This document shows, piece after piece, positions 1-10,597 of a DNA stretch of 64,000 bases. The notes beneath the pieces are model-generated. The model saw only the letters and a list, made by a program, of their open reading frames with translations. It was not told the DNA's origin and made no database searches. Position 1 is the stretch's first letter. Every line of letters begins with the position of its first letter. The DNA lies in the sequence record OP856590.1. One strand, 5' to 3'. Source of the stretch: Escherichia phage Ec_MI-02. The position numbers and the translations under genes are program-made.

Positions 1-11
1 AATTTTCCTTA

Positions 12-2189
12 TTAGGCCGCAAGGGCCTTCATAGTTTTAGCGATTTGGGAAACTTCATCATCACTTAAAGAGTTGCGATAACTGATGAAGTCGGAAACGA
101 TACGGAATTTCTTGGTAAACTCAGCAACCATTTTATCACTGTTTTTTGAAGCATTATATGATAGTGTTTCAAAAAGATTAGTTACTGTCCAGATATCATG
201 ACCGATGGTATCTTTTCCACCATTGAAATATATACCCTGCAATGAACTAACCATATTACCAAGGCGAGTATATTCTTCAGAAACTTCATCTACACTGAAG
301 TACTTCATCATAAAATCGAGTTCAGGATACTTGATAATTTTATCAATATATCGTTTAGCTGAACTTGAATAACCTACATACTTATCATAATCTACAGCAT
401 CAAAAGCATCTACATATAAATCACGCAGAGTTTCAAAAATACATTGGCACTGACCAAGTTCTTTTATCTTTTTCTGCAAAAGCGGACGAATAACATAAAA
501 TTCATTAATGCCAATAAGATTAGCCATACGAGTCAAAATACTCGTAGATGGATTACAAAGCGATGTAGTGCCATCCATAGAGAAAATATCAGAACGATGC
601 ATGTATGCTACGTAACCAGTAATTTCATCTGCTTCTGATGTGAGCGTAAACAGTTCCTCTTTTTCCCAGCGCCCGTCTTTAATTTCAAACTTAAATGCAG
701 TAGCAGCTTTAGGACGAGGAGCTTTACTTTTAACTGCCTTCGGAATATAACTTTTAACTAAAGCTTCAATTTCTGACAAATAATGAATGTTAACTTCATC
801 ACTTTCAAACATTGCCATAATATCAGGAAGTAAATCAATCTGCGATTCTACTTCCGGATTAATAAACAGAAGACGCTCATTATGATGAATATTCAAAGTG
901 TTATTAAATTCACTATCATCTAACGCATGCGCTAATCCACGGACAATATTAACACGATTTTTAATATTATCAATAACGATATTGATTTTTGTTGTATTAA
1001 TACCAAACAGACGATAACTTGATGCAACGGCTGAAGTTTCATGACTTTGCTTAATGCGTTTCAGTCGAGGGTCAAGATTTACTTCATACACAACTCCTGC
1101 ATTGCATAGTTTACTATCAGGTTCAAACATGCTTTGCATCTTCTTATATGACAGATTTTTAGTCGTAAATTTGACTGAATTACTAATCATATAATCTCGA
1201 GCAGAATATCCCATCTTCATCAATTCACGGTATGTATGACGAGGAGATGTAGATTCTTTAAATCGTTTTACATCTTCATTGAATGCCTTCTCACTAAGCT
1301 CTTTAACACGCTCAATAATATTTTTACGAGTACGATCATCTAGTGAAAGAGCTTCGCGTGATGGAGCAATATCCAGTGAACCCATTGGAAACTTAATGTA
1401 ATTCACTTCATTGCGGATGCTTAACCAGTTACGGTCTCTAATAACGCCATCGATAGGATAAACAATACCACCATAGATAGCATACAATCCACCACGATCT
1501 GGCCAATATCTTTCTGGATTTACGCCGTAATAGTCATCAAAATCCGGAAAATAATCAATTTCGCGGTCAAGACCATTAATGATAGCCAAATCTTTGAATG
1601 GTCGCATGATATAAGAAACTTCATAAGCAAAGTTTCTAAAGTCCTTTTCTTCAACTGGAACTACGATTTCAATACCAGTTTTATCATCTGGACCCATTTC
1701 TTTTACGAACGTAGGTTTAATTTGCGGACCATCTCCATCCATGTAAGCTATATAACCACGAATTTCACCTTTATGATACGAAGTAATACTAAATGTATCA
1801 GTATAACTAAACGGAGATTTAGAACCTAAACCAAATCCACCAATGAAATCATTAGATTCAGCCTTAGATGAACTAAAGTATGAATTATACAACCCAGGAG
1901 AATTATCATCACCCTGAATATCAAAATCGCTCATACCCGGACCAAAATCTCGGCAAACAAATCGCGGATCTAATCGTCCTGGAACTTGAATGATAAATTT
2001 TTCAGGATTTCCGTTGAGAGCATGGGCATCAATCATGTTGGTAATCAATTCACGGACTACTGCGCGAATCTTGTTTGTATACAAATCAGATGACAGAATT
2101 TTGAATACTTTAGGAGATGCTGTGATGCTAAATGCTTTTGATTTAGAACCATTACCAAGAATTGTTTCTTTTTCAGTGGTGATAATCAT
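12..2189 (-). CDS. rIIA: rIIA membrane-associated protein (725 aa)
   Basis: 725 aa, same length as T4 rIIA; ATG confirmed at 2187-2189; sits directly downstream of rIIA.1 and gene 39/60 as in T4. Confidence 0.9.
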   Translation of the reverse strand: MIITTEKETILGNGSKSKAFSITASPKVFKILSSDLYTNKIRAVVRELITNMIDAHALNGNPEKFIIQVPGRLDPRFVCRDFGPGMSDFDIQGDDNSPGLYNSYFSSSKAESNDFIGGFGLGSKSPFSYTDTFSITSYHKGEIRGYIAYMDGDGPQIKPTFVKEMGPDDKTGIEIVVPVEEKDFRNFAYEVSYIMRPFKDLAIINGLDREIDYFPDFDDYYGVNPERYWPDRGGLYAIYGGIVYPIDGVIRDRNWLSIRNEVNYIKFPMGSLDIAPSREALSLDDRTRKNIIERVKELSEKAFNEDVKRFKESTSPRHTYRELMKMGYSARDYMISNSVKFTTKNLSYKKMQSMFEPDSKLCNAGVVYEVNLDPRLKRIKQSHETSAVASSYRLFGINTTKINIVIDNIKNRVNIVRGLAHALDDSEFNNTLNIHHNERLLFINPEVESQIDLLPDIMAMFESDEVNIHYLSEIEALVKSYIPKAVKSKAPRPKAATAFKFEIKDGRWEKEELFTLTSEADEITGYVAYMHRSDIFSMDGTTSLCNPSTSILTRMANLIGINEFYVIRPLLQKKIKELGQCQCIFETLRDLYVDAFDAVDYDKYVGYSSSAKRYIDKIIKYPELDFMMKYFSVDEVSEEYTRLGNMVSSLQGIYFNGGKDTIGHDIWTVTNLFETLSYNASKNSDKMVAEFTKKFRIVSDFISYRNSLSDDEVSQIAKTMKALAA

Positions 2190-2199
2190 AATTTCCTCA

Positions 2200-2403
2200 T
2201 TAATTCATATTGCGTTTAATAACTTCGGCAACTTCTAGTAGTTCATCTTTAGTTGCGGTGTCGGATTGAATTTTATCTCTAATATCCTTAAAGCGGTTTT
2301 TAAACTCTTCGGCTTCTCCCATATCGAAAAAGCGTTGAATGATTCTATATTCTCGATGAACTGCTTTATCAAAAAGTTCTAAATTTACTTTATATGATTT
2401 CAT
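2200..2403 (-). CDS. rIIA.1: small hypothetical protein at the rIIA.1 position (67 aa)
   Basis: ATG start; between topoisomerase gene and rIIA; early promoter immediately upstream. Confidence 0.6.
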   Translation of the reverse strand: MKSYKVNLELFDKAVHREYRIIQRFFDMGEAEEFKNRFKDIRDKIQSDTATKDELLEVAEVIKRNMN

Positions 2404-2428
2404 TTCAATATCCTCATTTGCCCAATTA

Positions 2429-2458
2429 ATTATACCACATCCTTGTGGTAAAGTAAAC
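2429..2458 (-). promoter_or_regulatory. T4 early-type promoter (GTTTAC -35, TATAAT -10) for rIIA.1/rIIA
   Basis: minus strand GTTTAC-N18-TATAAT; near-identical copy at 48083..48112. Confidence 0.6.
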
Positions 2459-4275
2459 TACTGGCTCATCCATTCTTTACGAAGGTCAGCATTATCTCCC
2501 ATGAGCATTTCAAAAAGCTCTTTCCAATTCTCAGGAAGTTTAACAACATCATATACCGGGTTTTGAATCATCTCACGATATTCAGATTTTTCCAAAGAGC
2601 CAAGTCCCTTAATATAACGGATGCTATGTTTAGGTAGAGCATCTTTGGCACTCTCATATTCAGCGACTGTATAAAACCATTCTTGTTTTTTACCGACCTG
2701 AGCGATGATTACAGGAGTTTTGACGAAACGAATTCTTCCTTGTTCAAACAGTTCTGGCCAATTACTAAAAAATCCGAGCAGAGAAGGATAAATGCTTCCT
2801 AGACCATCGTGGTCAGCATCGGTCATAATAGCAATATTATGATAATTCAAGTTTTCGGCTTTTTCACCAAGAACTAATCCAGTGATTGCGCAAATATCAA
2901 ACAGTTCTTTGTTTTTAAGCATATCAGCATATGACATACCCCAACTGTTGAGAACTTTACCACGTAATGGATAACCACCGTGAAGTTCTTTATCACGAAC
3001 ATCAATAAGATATCCGATAGCAGAATCACCCTCAGTCAAGAAAAGAGTCGTGTCAGCATCTTTACCACAAAGATTCGCTTTAATATGTTTATGAACCTTA
3101 GCTTTAGAGGCCTTTTTAGCTGCTTTAGTTTCTGCTGCTTTTTCTGCTGCCAATTTACGAGCCAAGGCAGCTTCAATAATTGGCATTAAAATTGCTTCAT
3201 TGTTTAAAATAGCGCGTGAAATCTTTTTAGCATCAAGCTGAATATGACTACGAATTTCACCAAATGGAGAAGTCAAACGCTCTTTAGTCTGAGCATCAAA
3301 TCGCATGTTTTTCATATCACGAACAAACATAACGATAGTCAAACATTCTTTAACACGTGCTTTAGTTACATCAATTTTGAACTTACGTTTGATTTGTGGA
3401 ATAAGGTCTTCACAAATATCATCCATAACACAGTCAATGTGATGACCACCATTCTTAGTATGAATGTTATTGACGTATGTTAATTGACGAAAACCATCCG
3501 GTGAACGACCAACCGCAATAGAACAATTTTCTTGTTCTTGAACAATAGCATGCTCATCATATTGGCGTGCATATTTCTTAAAATTACCCTGAACCTTTTT
3601 ACCGTTAAAGGTAAATTGAATATCAGGATAAACTACTGCAAGTGTCTGGAGACGATCTAGTGTAATGTCAAGATAAACCTGAGATAGCTCATTAGTTTCA
3701 AATGACATAAAATCAGGAATGAAAGTAACACGAGTTCCTTTCCATTTTCCAGGAATATCTTCCCATGATTTATTTTCCATGCCATTTGAACAACGAACTA
3801 CAATATTATTTTGACCGTCGCCAGTTTCACCGACAAACATTACAGAAAAAATGTTAGTTAAACTAGAACCAACACCGTTCATACCGCCAGTGACGCGTTC
3901 TTTATCATCACCGAAGTTACCACCTGCTTTTGGAATAGTCCAGGCAGCAACAGGACCAGGAATTTCTTCGCCGGTAGGTGTTTTAACCATCGCTTGTGGA
4001 ATACCACGACCGTTATCTTCAACTGTTACTTGATTGTTTTTAATAGTAACATTAATTTTATTCGCGAATTTAAACTTAGTACGAATACCTTCATCTACTG
4101 AGTTATCGATAATTTCATCAATAAGCTTAACAAGACCAGGTACATACTGAACACTTTCCCATTTACCAAACAGAAAGCGCTCATGCATTTCATTAGCAGA
4201 AGAGCCAATATACATGCCGCTACGCTTTTTGATATGTTCAATATCGCTCAGAATTTTAATTTCATTCTTAATCAT
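2458..4275 (-). CDS. 39: DNA topoisomerase II large subunit, fused gp39+gp60 (605 aa)
   Basis: GyrB-like ATPase start MIKNEIKILSDIEHIKKRSGMYIGSS; continuous ORF; track start at 4278 is GTG, ATG one codon later. Confidence 0.9.
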   Translation of the reverse strand: MIKNEIKILSDIEHIKKRSGMYIGSSANEMHERFLFGKWESVQYVPGLVKLIDEIIDNSVDEGIRTKFKFANKINVTIKNNQVTVEDNGRGIPQAMVKTPTGEEIPGPVAAWTIPKAGGNFGDDKERVTGGMNGVGSSLTNIFSVMFVGETGDGQNNIVVRCSNGMENKSWEDIPGKWKGTRVTFIPDFMSFETNELSQVYLDITLDRLQTLAVVYPDIQFTFNGKKVQGNFKKYARQYDEHAIVQEQENCSIAVGRSPDGFRQLTYVNNIHTKNGGHHIDCVMDDICEDLIPQIKRKFKIDVTKARVKECLTIVMFVRDMKNMRFDAQTKERLTSPFGEIRSHIQLDAKKISRAILNNEAILMPIIEAALARKLAAEKAAETKAAKKASKAKVHKHIKANLCGKDADTTLFLTEGDSAIGYLIDVRDKELHGGYPLRGKVLNSWGMSYADMLKNKELFDICAITGLVLGEKAENLNYHNIAIMTDADHDGLGSIYPSLLGFFSNWPELFEQGRIRFVKTPVIIAQVGKKQEWFYTVAEYESAKDALPKHSIRYIKGLGSLEKSEYREMIQNPVYDVVKLPENWKELFEMLMGDNADLRKEWMSQ

Positions 4276-4302
4276 CACTTATCCTCGTTTGGTTTCGGGA
4301 AT

Positions 4303-4327
4303 ATTATACTCCGGTAATCATAAAGCT
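4303..4327 (-). promoter_or_regulatory. MotA-dependent middle promoter for gene 39
   Basis: minus strand aGCTTTA MotA box, 12 nt, TATAAT. Confidence 0.55.
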
Positions 4328-4346
4328 AAAGGCCCGAAGGCCTTTT
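4328..4346 (-). terminator. GC hairpin with UUCG loop
   Basis: AAAGGCC-UUCG-GGCCUUU on minus strand. Confidence 0.5.
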
Positions 4347-4605
4347 ATTTAAAACGGATAGTCGAATCCTTGAAGAATAGACCAGAACATACGGTTCCTT
4401 CTACTTTCTGCCCGGTAGGTCCAATAGCACGAAATCCAGTATGTTGGAAGTCATTTTCAGAGCAACCGAACCAGTTATATCCAGTGATTTCAATATTAGT
4501 AAAACCGCTTGAAGACAAAACTTTGGTTGCATTATCAGCATCAGTACATCCTACTAAAGATACTGCTAATACTAATGCCGCGATAGAACGATTAACATAT
4601 TTCAT
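4345..4605 (-). CDS. small lipoprotein-like protein (86 aa)
   Basis: track start is TTG; ATG at MKYVNRS; signal peptide with LVGC lipobox-like motif. Confidence 0.45.
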   Translation of the reverse strand: MKYVNRSIAALVLAVSLVGCTDADNATKVLSSSGFTNIEITGYNWFGCSENDFQHTGFRAIGPTGQKVEGTVCSGLFFKDSTIRFK

Positions 4606-4609
4606 AATT

Positions 4610-4981
4610 TCACTCAAATTTAATGGCTTGAAGGAGACTAATAATTCTCAAGCGGCTTCTTTCATCTTTAACTGTAAAAGAAAGAGGGTCGCCAGATTTC
4701 ATAGTGATAGTGCATTCAAAATCAAAATCTTCAGGAACTTCTTCGAAGAAGTCAAATTCTTCGTCATAAATTAGAACATTACTCTGAAAACTGTGAAGAA
4801 TTTTTCCATCATTTCCAGATGCTGTACTAATCATTGTAACATTATGGCCTTTCATATCTTCAACGATAAATTCGCTTGTAGATATTACGGCATTAATAGA
4901 ACCATTCCTATAAATAGAAGAAAGCAGATATTTCTTTTCTTCACCTTCGCGAACACGATATTTCTTACCGATTTTAAACAT
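4610..4981 (-). CDS. hypothetical protein (123 aa)
   Basis: ORF; track start is GTG, ATG two codons later. Confidence 0.5.
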   Translation of the reverse strand: MFKIGKKYRVREGEEKKYLLSSIYRNGSINAVISTSEFIVEDMKGHNVTMISTASGNDGKILHSFQSNVLIYDEEFDFFEEVPEDFDFECTITMKSGDPLSFTVKDERSRLRIISLLQAIKFE

Positions 4982-4983
4982 AA

Positions 4984-5160
4984 TCACCCTTTAAGTAAGT
5001 CGTAAAAACCACCATTCACATGCTTAGGAGCAGAAGGCCGACGAGTAGACAGACGATGACATTTAGGGCAAACATCATTTTCTCGTTCAGAAATCTTTTT
5101 AATTTTTTCATATTCATGCCCGCAATCTTCGGATTGGCATTTATAATCATACATTGGCAT
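4984..5160 (-). CDS. small zinc-ribbon protein (58 aa)
   Basis: not in track (<60 aa); ATG MPMYDYKCQSEDCGHEYE...CPKC, two CxxC pairs; fills gap between neighbours. Confidence 0.4.
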   Translation of the reverse strand: MPMYDYKCQSEDCGHEYEKIKKISERENDVCPKCHRLSTRRPSAPKHVNGGFYDLLKG

Positions 5161-5162
5161 AA

Positions 5163-5582
5163 TTATTCCTTAAAGTGTGCTTTCAACATCTGATACAAGG
5201 ACCATGCCTGTTCATTATTTTCAATAGTAACTTTCATGACAGGAAATGCTGTGAAATCTTCTATTTGTTCTTGCTCTTCCTGCTCTTGCTCTTCAGCTGC
5301 CTGATATGGATTTTCAACTTCATCAAAGAACTCAGCTTCGTTAGTAGAAAGCCAGATAAAGTTTTCGTCAAGGATATCGCCATGTTTTGCATATCCAATT
5401 GTGCCAGTAGATGACATAATTTTAGTAGGACGCCCAAGATAATCAGCATCTAAAATTTTAAAAGGTTCCATGCCTAAACGTCGTGCATAGATTCCGTTAT
5501 CAGTATGGTCTTTAATAAAATTTTCTTGAGCTTGTTTATTTTTAAATTGATACCATTTATTAACTTCAAATCTAATAGCCAT
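5163..5582 (-). CDS. hypothetical acidic protein (139 aa), goF-position
   Basis: ATG start; TAATG overlap with downstream gene; position matches T4 goF but identity not verified. Confidence 0.5.
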   Translation of the reverse strand: MAIRFEVNKWYQFKNKQAQENFIKDHTDNGIYARRLGMEPFKILDADYLGRPTKIMSSTGTIGYAKHGDILDENFIWLSTNEAEFFDEVENPYQAAEEQEQEEQEQIEDFTAFPVMKVTIENNEQAWSLYQMLKAHFKE

Positions 5583-5797
5583 TAATAAATTTCCTTCCAG
5601 TAAGTTGTACCGTCTTCAGTGATTTCACGGAATACACCGTAAATTGGTTGTTTATCACCAACCTTTTCATACACATAAACCGAAGTCAAGTGAGTAAACT
5701 TAACGGTATGTTCCTTTTGAACTACTACCAAATCTGGATCGAATAATACATCTTCAAATTCATCATTAGTGCAATTCTGAACAATTTTACGTTTCAT
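5582..5797 (-). CDS. hypothetical protein (71 aa), cef-position
   Basis: ATG start; size and position as T4 cef; identity unverified. Confidence 0.45.
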   Translation of the reverse strand: MKRKIVQNCTNDEFEDVLFDPDLVVVQKEHTVKFTHLTSVYVYEKVGDKQPIYGVFREITEDGTTYWKEIY

Positions 5798-5810
5798 TAC
5801 AATTTCCTCA

Positions 5811-6080
5811 TTAATTGAACATTGGAGCGATGCGTTTCAGAAGAGTAGCAGCACCTTTGGCGAATTTTACATCATGAAAAACAGTTTCTTCTTCCGTTAC
5901 AACACGAGCTTTAATGTTTTCACAATCCCAATTTTTACGAACAATCTTCAAAAGCTGCAGTAAATCTTTACATTCAGCAATATCGATAACACATCCACGA
6001 GAATCTTCCATTATCGCACGATAACCATAAGCCATACCATAATCGTTGAAAGATTGTTCGATGATAATTAAGTTTTCCAT
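5811..6080 (-). CDS. hypothetical protein (89 aa)
   Basis: track start TTG; ATG preceded by GGAGAA SD. Confidence 0.5.
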   Translation of the reverse strand: MENLIIIEQSFNDYGMAYGYRAIMEDSRGCVIDIAECKDLLQLLKIVRKNWDCENIKARVVTEEETVFHDVKFAKGAATLLKRIAPMFN

Positions 6081-6177
6081 TTTATTCTCCAAATTGTTTT
6101 CTGTATCAGTAGTTGATATTGATATAGTACCATAATCAACTACTGATGTATATAGTTTTATGAAAAAATTTTAAACT

Positions 6178-6675
6178 TTATGCATAGCGGGCTTTACTAT
6201 AGTGTTTAATCCAACTTTCAGGAATGACTTTGTATGTTCCTAAAAATACTGCGTTGTACAACTTAACGCCATCTTCTACCCACTGATCGGTAATGTATGC
6301 ACACATAGCGCGAGTACGATGTTTTTGAACAACCCCTTCCTCATCTTCAGTAAATTCGAATTCATAAGGAGCAACGAACTTAATAGCTTGACCGAGTTTC
6401 CACTTAAAGTCTACACCTACATGCGAAGTATCAATCGTTTCAATTCCTTTAGCAGGAACAGCTTTCAAAAACGCAGACTCAAGAAATTTAGCACGAACAT
6501 AACCAAACTGAGGTTTAGACTTTCCATCTTTAGGAATGATACGCACTTTTACTTCAGAATCTTCATCTTTAACACCATGTTTAAGCTGAATGCTTACAAT
6601 TTCAACCAATTTTCCTGCTGCTTTAGAGCGGGATTTATCAGATACACGAGCTAATTCACCAATATTAATAATCAT
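6178..6675 (-). CDS. hypothetical protein (165 aa), paralogue of 6752..7294
   Basis: ATG start; C-terminal YITDQWVEDGVKLYNAVF shared with neighbour. Confidence 0.6.
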   Translation of the reverse strand: MIINIGELARVSDKSRSKAAGKLVEIVSIQLKHGVKDEDSEVKVRIIPKDGKSKPQFGYVRAKFLESAFLKAVPAKGIETIDTSHVGVDFKWKLGQAIKFVAPYEFEFTEDEEGVVQKHRTRAMCAYITDQWVEDGVKLYNAVFLGTYKVIPESWIKHYSKARYA

Positions 6676-6751
6676 AGTTATCTCTCACTTGTTAAAAAGA
6701 TTTTATACTCCACAGGACCATTATACTCTGGTCCCAAGAGTTTGTAAACTA

Positions 6752-7294
6752 TTAATTCAAAATAGCTACCACTGCACTACGAGGTACTACGCTAAAATCA
6801 CCTGCATGAACAACGTTCAGAAGTTCAACACCATCTTCAATCCACTGGTCTGTTACCCAACCACAGACCGAAATAAATGGGGTCTTAATAGCTACAGCAC
6901 GAGTCAAAAGGTCAGTAGGATCGCATTCTTGAAAGAGGATGAACTCTGCTTCAAAGACTATAGTTTTAATTACTTCATCATTATCTAAGCGTTGTGCTCG
7001 AATCACGTAAGCTTTATTCTTATCATGCCAGTTACTTTTTGAAAAACTTTTAACCACAAACTCGCCTTCACCAAAAACACTAGTCAATGCTTTATAACCC
7101 AAACTTAGTTCAGTAGTTTTAATTTCAGTTTCAACCAGTTTGTAGATTTTACCAATTTCGATGGTCCGAGCAGTCATAAAAGTTTCCTTAATTTCTAATG
7201 GTTTAACAAGAGTACCGTACATGCTTGCTATATCCATATCAAGCAGCTTATATACAGGATTCGGTGTGCATTCAGGATTATAATTAAATTTCAT
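6752..7294 (-). CDS. hypothetical protein (180 aa), paralogue of 6178..6675
   Basis: ATG start; C-terminal WVTDQWIEDGVELLNVVH motif. Confidence 0.6.
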   Translation of the reverse strand: MKFNYNPECTPNPVYKLLDMDIASMYGTLVKPLEIKETFMTARTIEIGKIYKLVETEIKTTELSLGYKALTSVFGEGEFVVKSFSKSNWHDKNKAYVIRAQRLDNDEVIKTIVFEAEFILFQECDPTDLLTRAVAIKTPFISVCGWVTDQWIEDGVELLNVVHAGDFSVVPRSAVVAILN

Positions 7295-7296
7295 AA

Positions 7297-7797
7297 TTAT
7301 CTCATTTCAATAAAATCTACAAGTTCAGCATGGGATTTACGGAACATTACTTGGTGTCCGCCAATGATAACTTCATCTTCAGGAACTTCGTATACAGCAA
7401 GATAAAATCCTTTAGAAGATAATTCTTCACGTTCTTCTCGTGTGAACCATCTCATCATATCATATTCGCTAGCGAAAGCAAAATGATAAAGAGCTATAAA
7501 CCATCCTGGAATATGATATTCTACTCCAACATAATCTTTCTTGAACTTAGTATTAATTACCGTATTAGCGTTTTTAACTAATAGTTTATCTTCATGCGGT
7601 ACAGGAATTCTTTTATTATCATCACTATGATGCATAAAATTAGGTCTACTATAACCTACCCGTAATAGCCACTCTTCGCTCCATGAATCCATTATACTCC
7701 TGTATGGCGTAATTTGAACGCAAAGATTTCGACGTATTGTTATAGCATCTTCATAATTAAGAATACTAAAAGATGATTCAACACGATAAATTTTCAT
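7297..7797 (-). CDS. hypothetical protein (166 aa)
   Basis: track start TTG lies inside the upstream promoter; ATG at MKIYRVESS with GAGGA SD. Confidence 0.55.
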   Translation of the reverse strand: MKIYRVESSFSILNYEDAITIRRNLCVQITPYRSIMDSWSEEWLLRVGYSRPNFMHHSDDNKRIPVPHEDKLLVKNANTVINTKFKKDYVGVEYHIPGWFIALYHFAFASEYDMMRWFTREEREELSSKGFYLAVYEVPEDEVIIGGHQVMFRKSHAELVDFIEMR

Positions 7798-7822
7798 TTT
7801 ATTATCCTCAGTAGCTATGGTG

Positions 7823-7854
7823 TTATAATACCACAACTAACCGAGGAAGTAAAC
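7823..7854 (-). promoter_or_regulatory. T4 early-type promoter
   Basis: GTTTAC-N18-TATTAT upstream of 7297..7797. Confidence 0.5.
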
Positions 7855-7860
7855 AACTTT

Positions 7861-8544
7861 TTATCGTTTTGTTGGAAGAGACAGAGGATCGCACTCTTCC
7901 TCTGACGGAGCATCTTCAAGACCCATAGCATATCGCAAAGCATACTTCATCATCAGGATGTCTTTCGCACAGTCATGAATAGAATCATGTGCAACGAACC
8001 CGTCTAAAGTTCCCTTTGGAAGAGGACATGTGGTCATATCACGAACAAGCAGAAGTGCTTCAATTCTGGTACGAATATCACGCTGATTCCAGAATTTACA
8101 TGGTTCTAACTTAAATGTATCAAGCTCATTCTCGGAAACGCCGTTAAGACGTTGAATATCGCGAATGAGATCAACTAAAATAGGAAAATCAAACGACATT
8201 CCACGGCACCAGCCTTGAGATTTCCAAGGATCGATGTTATGTGCATTGATGTAATCATTAAATTTTGCAATACCATCGATAGTGCTTACATCTTCATCTG
8301 ATGGTGCAATATTTTTTCGAGCTTCAGGAGATTGGTTTTTCCACCATTCGATAGTGCTTTTAGTAAAAAGACGATGTCCTTTTTGGCTTTTTAAATCAAA
8401 TTTGATTTTAATGCCACGTGAAACTAATTCATCAAATGTTTCAACTACTTCTGGATTAGGGTCAAAGGCAATAACAGCCAAATCAATAACAGCTGCCTTT
8501 TCACCGCTTCCCATTGTTTCAAAATCTATAATAAAATCAAACAT
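7861..8544 (-). CDS. dexA: exonuclease A (DEDDh 3'-5' exonuclease, 227 aa)
   Basis: 227 aa as T4 DexA; N-terminal DFETMG exonuclease motif; position upstream of dda block. Confidence 0.85.
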   Translation of the reverse strand: MFDFIIDFETMGSGEKAAVIDLAVIAFDPNPEVVETFDELVSRGIKIKFDLKSQKGHRLFTKSTIEWWKNQSPEARKNIAPSDEDVSTIDGIAKFNDYINAHNIDPWKSQGWCRGMSFDFPILVDLIRDIQRLNGVSENELDTFKLEPCKFWNQRDIRTRIEALLLVRDMTTCPLPKGTLDGFVAHDSIHDCAKDILMMKYALRYAMGLEDAPSEEECDPLSLPTKR

Positions 8545-8786
8545 TAAATTTTCCTCGCTAAATCGCGAATTTGACCTACAGTATAATCTTGGATATAAAC
8601 TTTATTAATGGGCTCATCAATAAATTTTGCCATAGATTCAATATCTTTTTGTATCTCTTCAAGACTGTATACTATCTTTAAAGCTTTTTCGCGAATAGTA
8701 ACATTATCAGGTCCTGAATTTTCTTGGATGACAGCTTTAACATTTGTCATAAGAGATTTAAACTGCTGCAAACTTAATTCAATCAT
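8544..8786 (-). CDS. hypothetical protein (80 aa)
   Basis: track start GTG; ATG at MIELSLQQ; 8-nt ATGATTGA-type overlap with upstream gene. Confidence 0.45.
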   Translation of the reverse strand: MIELSLQQFKSLMTNVKAVIQENSGPDNVTIREKALKIVYSLEEIQKDIESMAKFIDEPINKVYIQDYTVGQIRDLARKI

Positions 8787-9039
8787 TAATAACCGCCTTA
8801 TAAAGATGGCTAATTTCACCTAAAACATAATCACTGATTGTAACAGTTTTCACTTCACCGCAAAAGAATTCTAATGCAATCAAATCTCGTTCAATTTCTT
8901 CCAATTGAAGCATTAACTTGCCTGATTCAATTTTCACGTTTTTGCGATTTTTACTATAAGCTATTTCATAAATTTCGCTTACTTTATCTTGAAGAAGATA
9001 AAACTGGTCTTTAGTTATTTCCACGAATAGCTTCCTCAA
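8779..9039 (-). CDS. hypothetical protein (about 81-86 aa)
   Basis: ORF; start uncertain (TTG at 9039 or GTG at 9024 with AGGAAG SD); LEEIERDL motif shared with 8544..8786. Confidence 0.4.
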   Translation of the reverse strand: MRKLFVEITKDQFYLLQDKVSEIYEIAYSKNRKNVKIESGKLMLQLEEIERDLIALEFFCGEVKTVTISDYVLGEISHLYKAVIND

Positions 9040-9271
9040 ATTTAATCAGCAACTTACAGACACTTTCATCTAATGTAATTACCGTATCTGTATTACTGTG
9101 ATATGATTGTTTTTCAATTCGTTTAATTGCTAGTATAGTATCACTTATAAGATTAAGCTTATAAAGGAGCTCAGCTCCTGTTACCATAACACTGAGATTA
9201 TCTTGCTTATCAGTATGCTTCTTTATACCATCTATTAGACGATTTAAATATTTTGAATTGATGTTAATCAT
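9011..9271 (-). CDS. hypothetical protein (86 aa)
   Basis: ATG start; tiles between neighbours. Confidence 0.45.
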   Translation of the reverse strand: MININSKYLNRLIDGIKKHTDKQDNLSVMVTGAELLYKLNLISDTILAIKRIEKQSYHSNTDTVITLDESVCKLLIKFEEAIRGNN

Positions 9272-9277
9272 ATATCC

Positions 9278-10597
9278 TCACACATAAAACACATCATAAC
9301 GACCACGAGTGACACCAACATAAAGAAGCTGCTGAGCCAATTCAGCATCTGCATAATGAATGCAAGGCGTATAAATGAAAGCACGGTCTACAGACATACC
9401 CTGAGCTTTATGGAATGTTGATGCAGGAAGTGCTTTCACTTTACTAAACTGTGATTTAGCATCCCAAAAATCACTCCACGGAGCTTTTCCACCTTTATTC
9501 CAATTTTTATAAGTTTCTGCCGTTTTACCTAAAAATAAGTTAAACTTATACAGCTCTTCATCAGATGAAATTATTTTAATCTTTTCACGATAATATTCAT
9601 CATCGCCGTAAGTTTCTACTGTTAAATCCCAATGACGAATTAGATATTCTCCGGGAACACCACGAGCTTTAACAAACGTTGATGTATACTCTGCTTCTAT
9701 AATACGAACTAATTGTCCGTTATTAAAAATAATTTCTGACACAGGCTTTCCATCAATTTTATATGTTTTAATTAATGGTTCCTGCATTACGATAATTTCA
9801 CCGACAATAAAATCTTTATCAGTTTCAAAAATCTTTTTGCGAATAATGCTATTTAACTTATCAACAGATTTATTCGTAAATGCCATTACGCGATTTTCAA
9901 ACAAATCATCTAGTGATTTTACGATTGAAAAATAATTTACCATAAAATCGCGTAAAGCGGTATCACCTGTAAATCCACGTACTCCATGCCCGTCAACAAC
10001 TTTATCATAAATCCACTTACCGTTACGAACATCAGTAGCTACATCAATAATAGGAGCATTACTGCGTTTAACTTCAGTGAGTTCACACTGATAAAAATCT
10101 TTATGTGTAAAGAACGGACTGATATAAGCGGTGTTTTCTCCTGGGTCAACAGGTCTAATTTGCTTATTATCGCCTATTCCAATTATAGTACACCACGGCG
10201 GGATAGTTGAAAGCAGAATTTTGAATAGCTTTCTATCATACATTGACACTTCATCGCAGATTAATACTCTACATTTAGCTAAATCCGGTACTTCTTTTTG
10301 TTCAAAAAGAACGTTTTCTTCATATGTTACCGGGTTAATTTTGAGAATACTGTGAATAGTACTCGCTTCTTTCCCTGACAGTTTTGAAAGAATCTTTTTA
10401 GCTGCATGAGTAGGAGCTGCTAAAATAATGCCAGTTTCGCCCGTAGATATTAAGGCTTCAATGATGAACTTAGTAAGAGTAGTCTTACCAGTACCAGCAG
10501 GTCCATTAATAGTTACATGATGTTTCTTTTCTTTAATAGCCTTCATAACAATGTTAAAGGCATTTTTCTGGCCTTCGGTCAAATCATCAAATGTCAT
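9278..10597 (-). CDS. dda: Dda DNA helicase (SF1, 439 aa)
   Basis: 439 aa; Walker A GPAGTGKTT; MTFDDLTEGQKNAF start; ATG confirmed. Confidence 0.9.
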   Translation of the reverse strand: MTFDDLTEGQKNAFNIVMKAIKEKKHHVTINGPAGTGKTTLTKFIIEALISTGETGIILAAPTHAAKKILSKLSGKEASTIHSILKINPVTYEENVLFEQKEVPDLAKCRVLICDEVSMYDRKLFKILLSTIPPWCTIIGIGDNKQIRPVDPGENTAYISPFFTHKDFYQCELTEVKRSNAPIIDVATDVRNGKWIYDKVVDGHGVRGFTGDTALRDFMVNYFSIVKSLDDLFENRVMAFTNKSVDKLNSIIRKKIFETDKDFIVGEIIVMQEPLIKTYKIDGKPVSEIIFNNGQLVRIIEAEYTSTFVKARGVPGEYLIRHWDLTVETYGDDEYYREKIKIISSDEELYKFNLFLGKTAETYKNWNKGGKAPWSDFWDAKSQFSKVKALPASTFHKAQGMSVDRAFIYTPCIHYADAELAQQLLYVGVTRGRYDVFYV

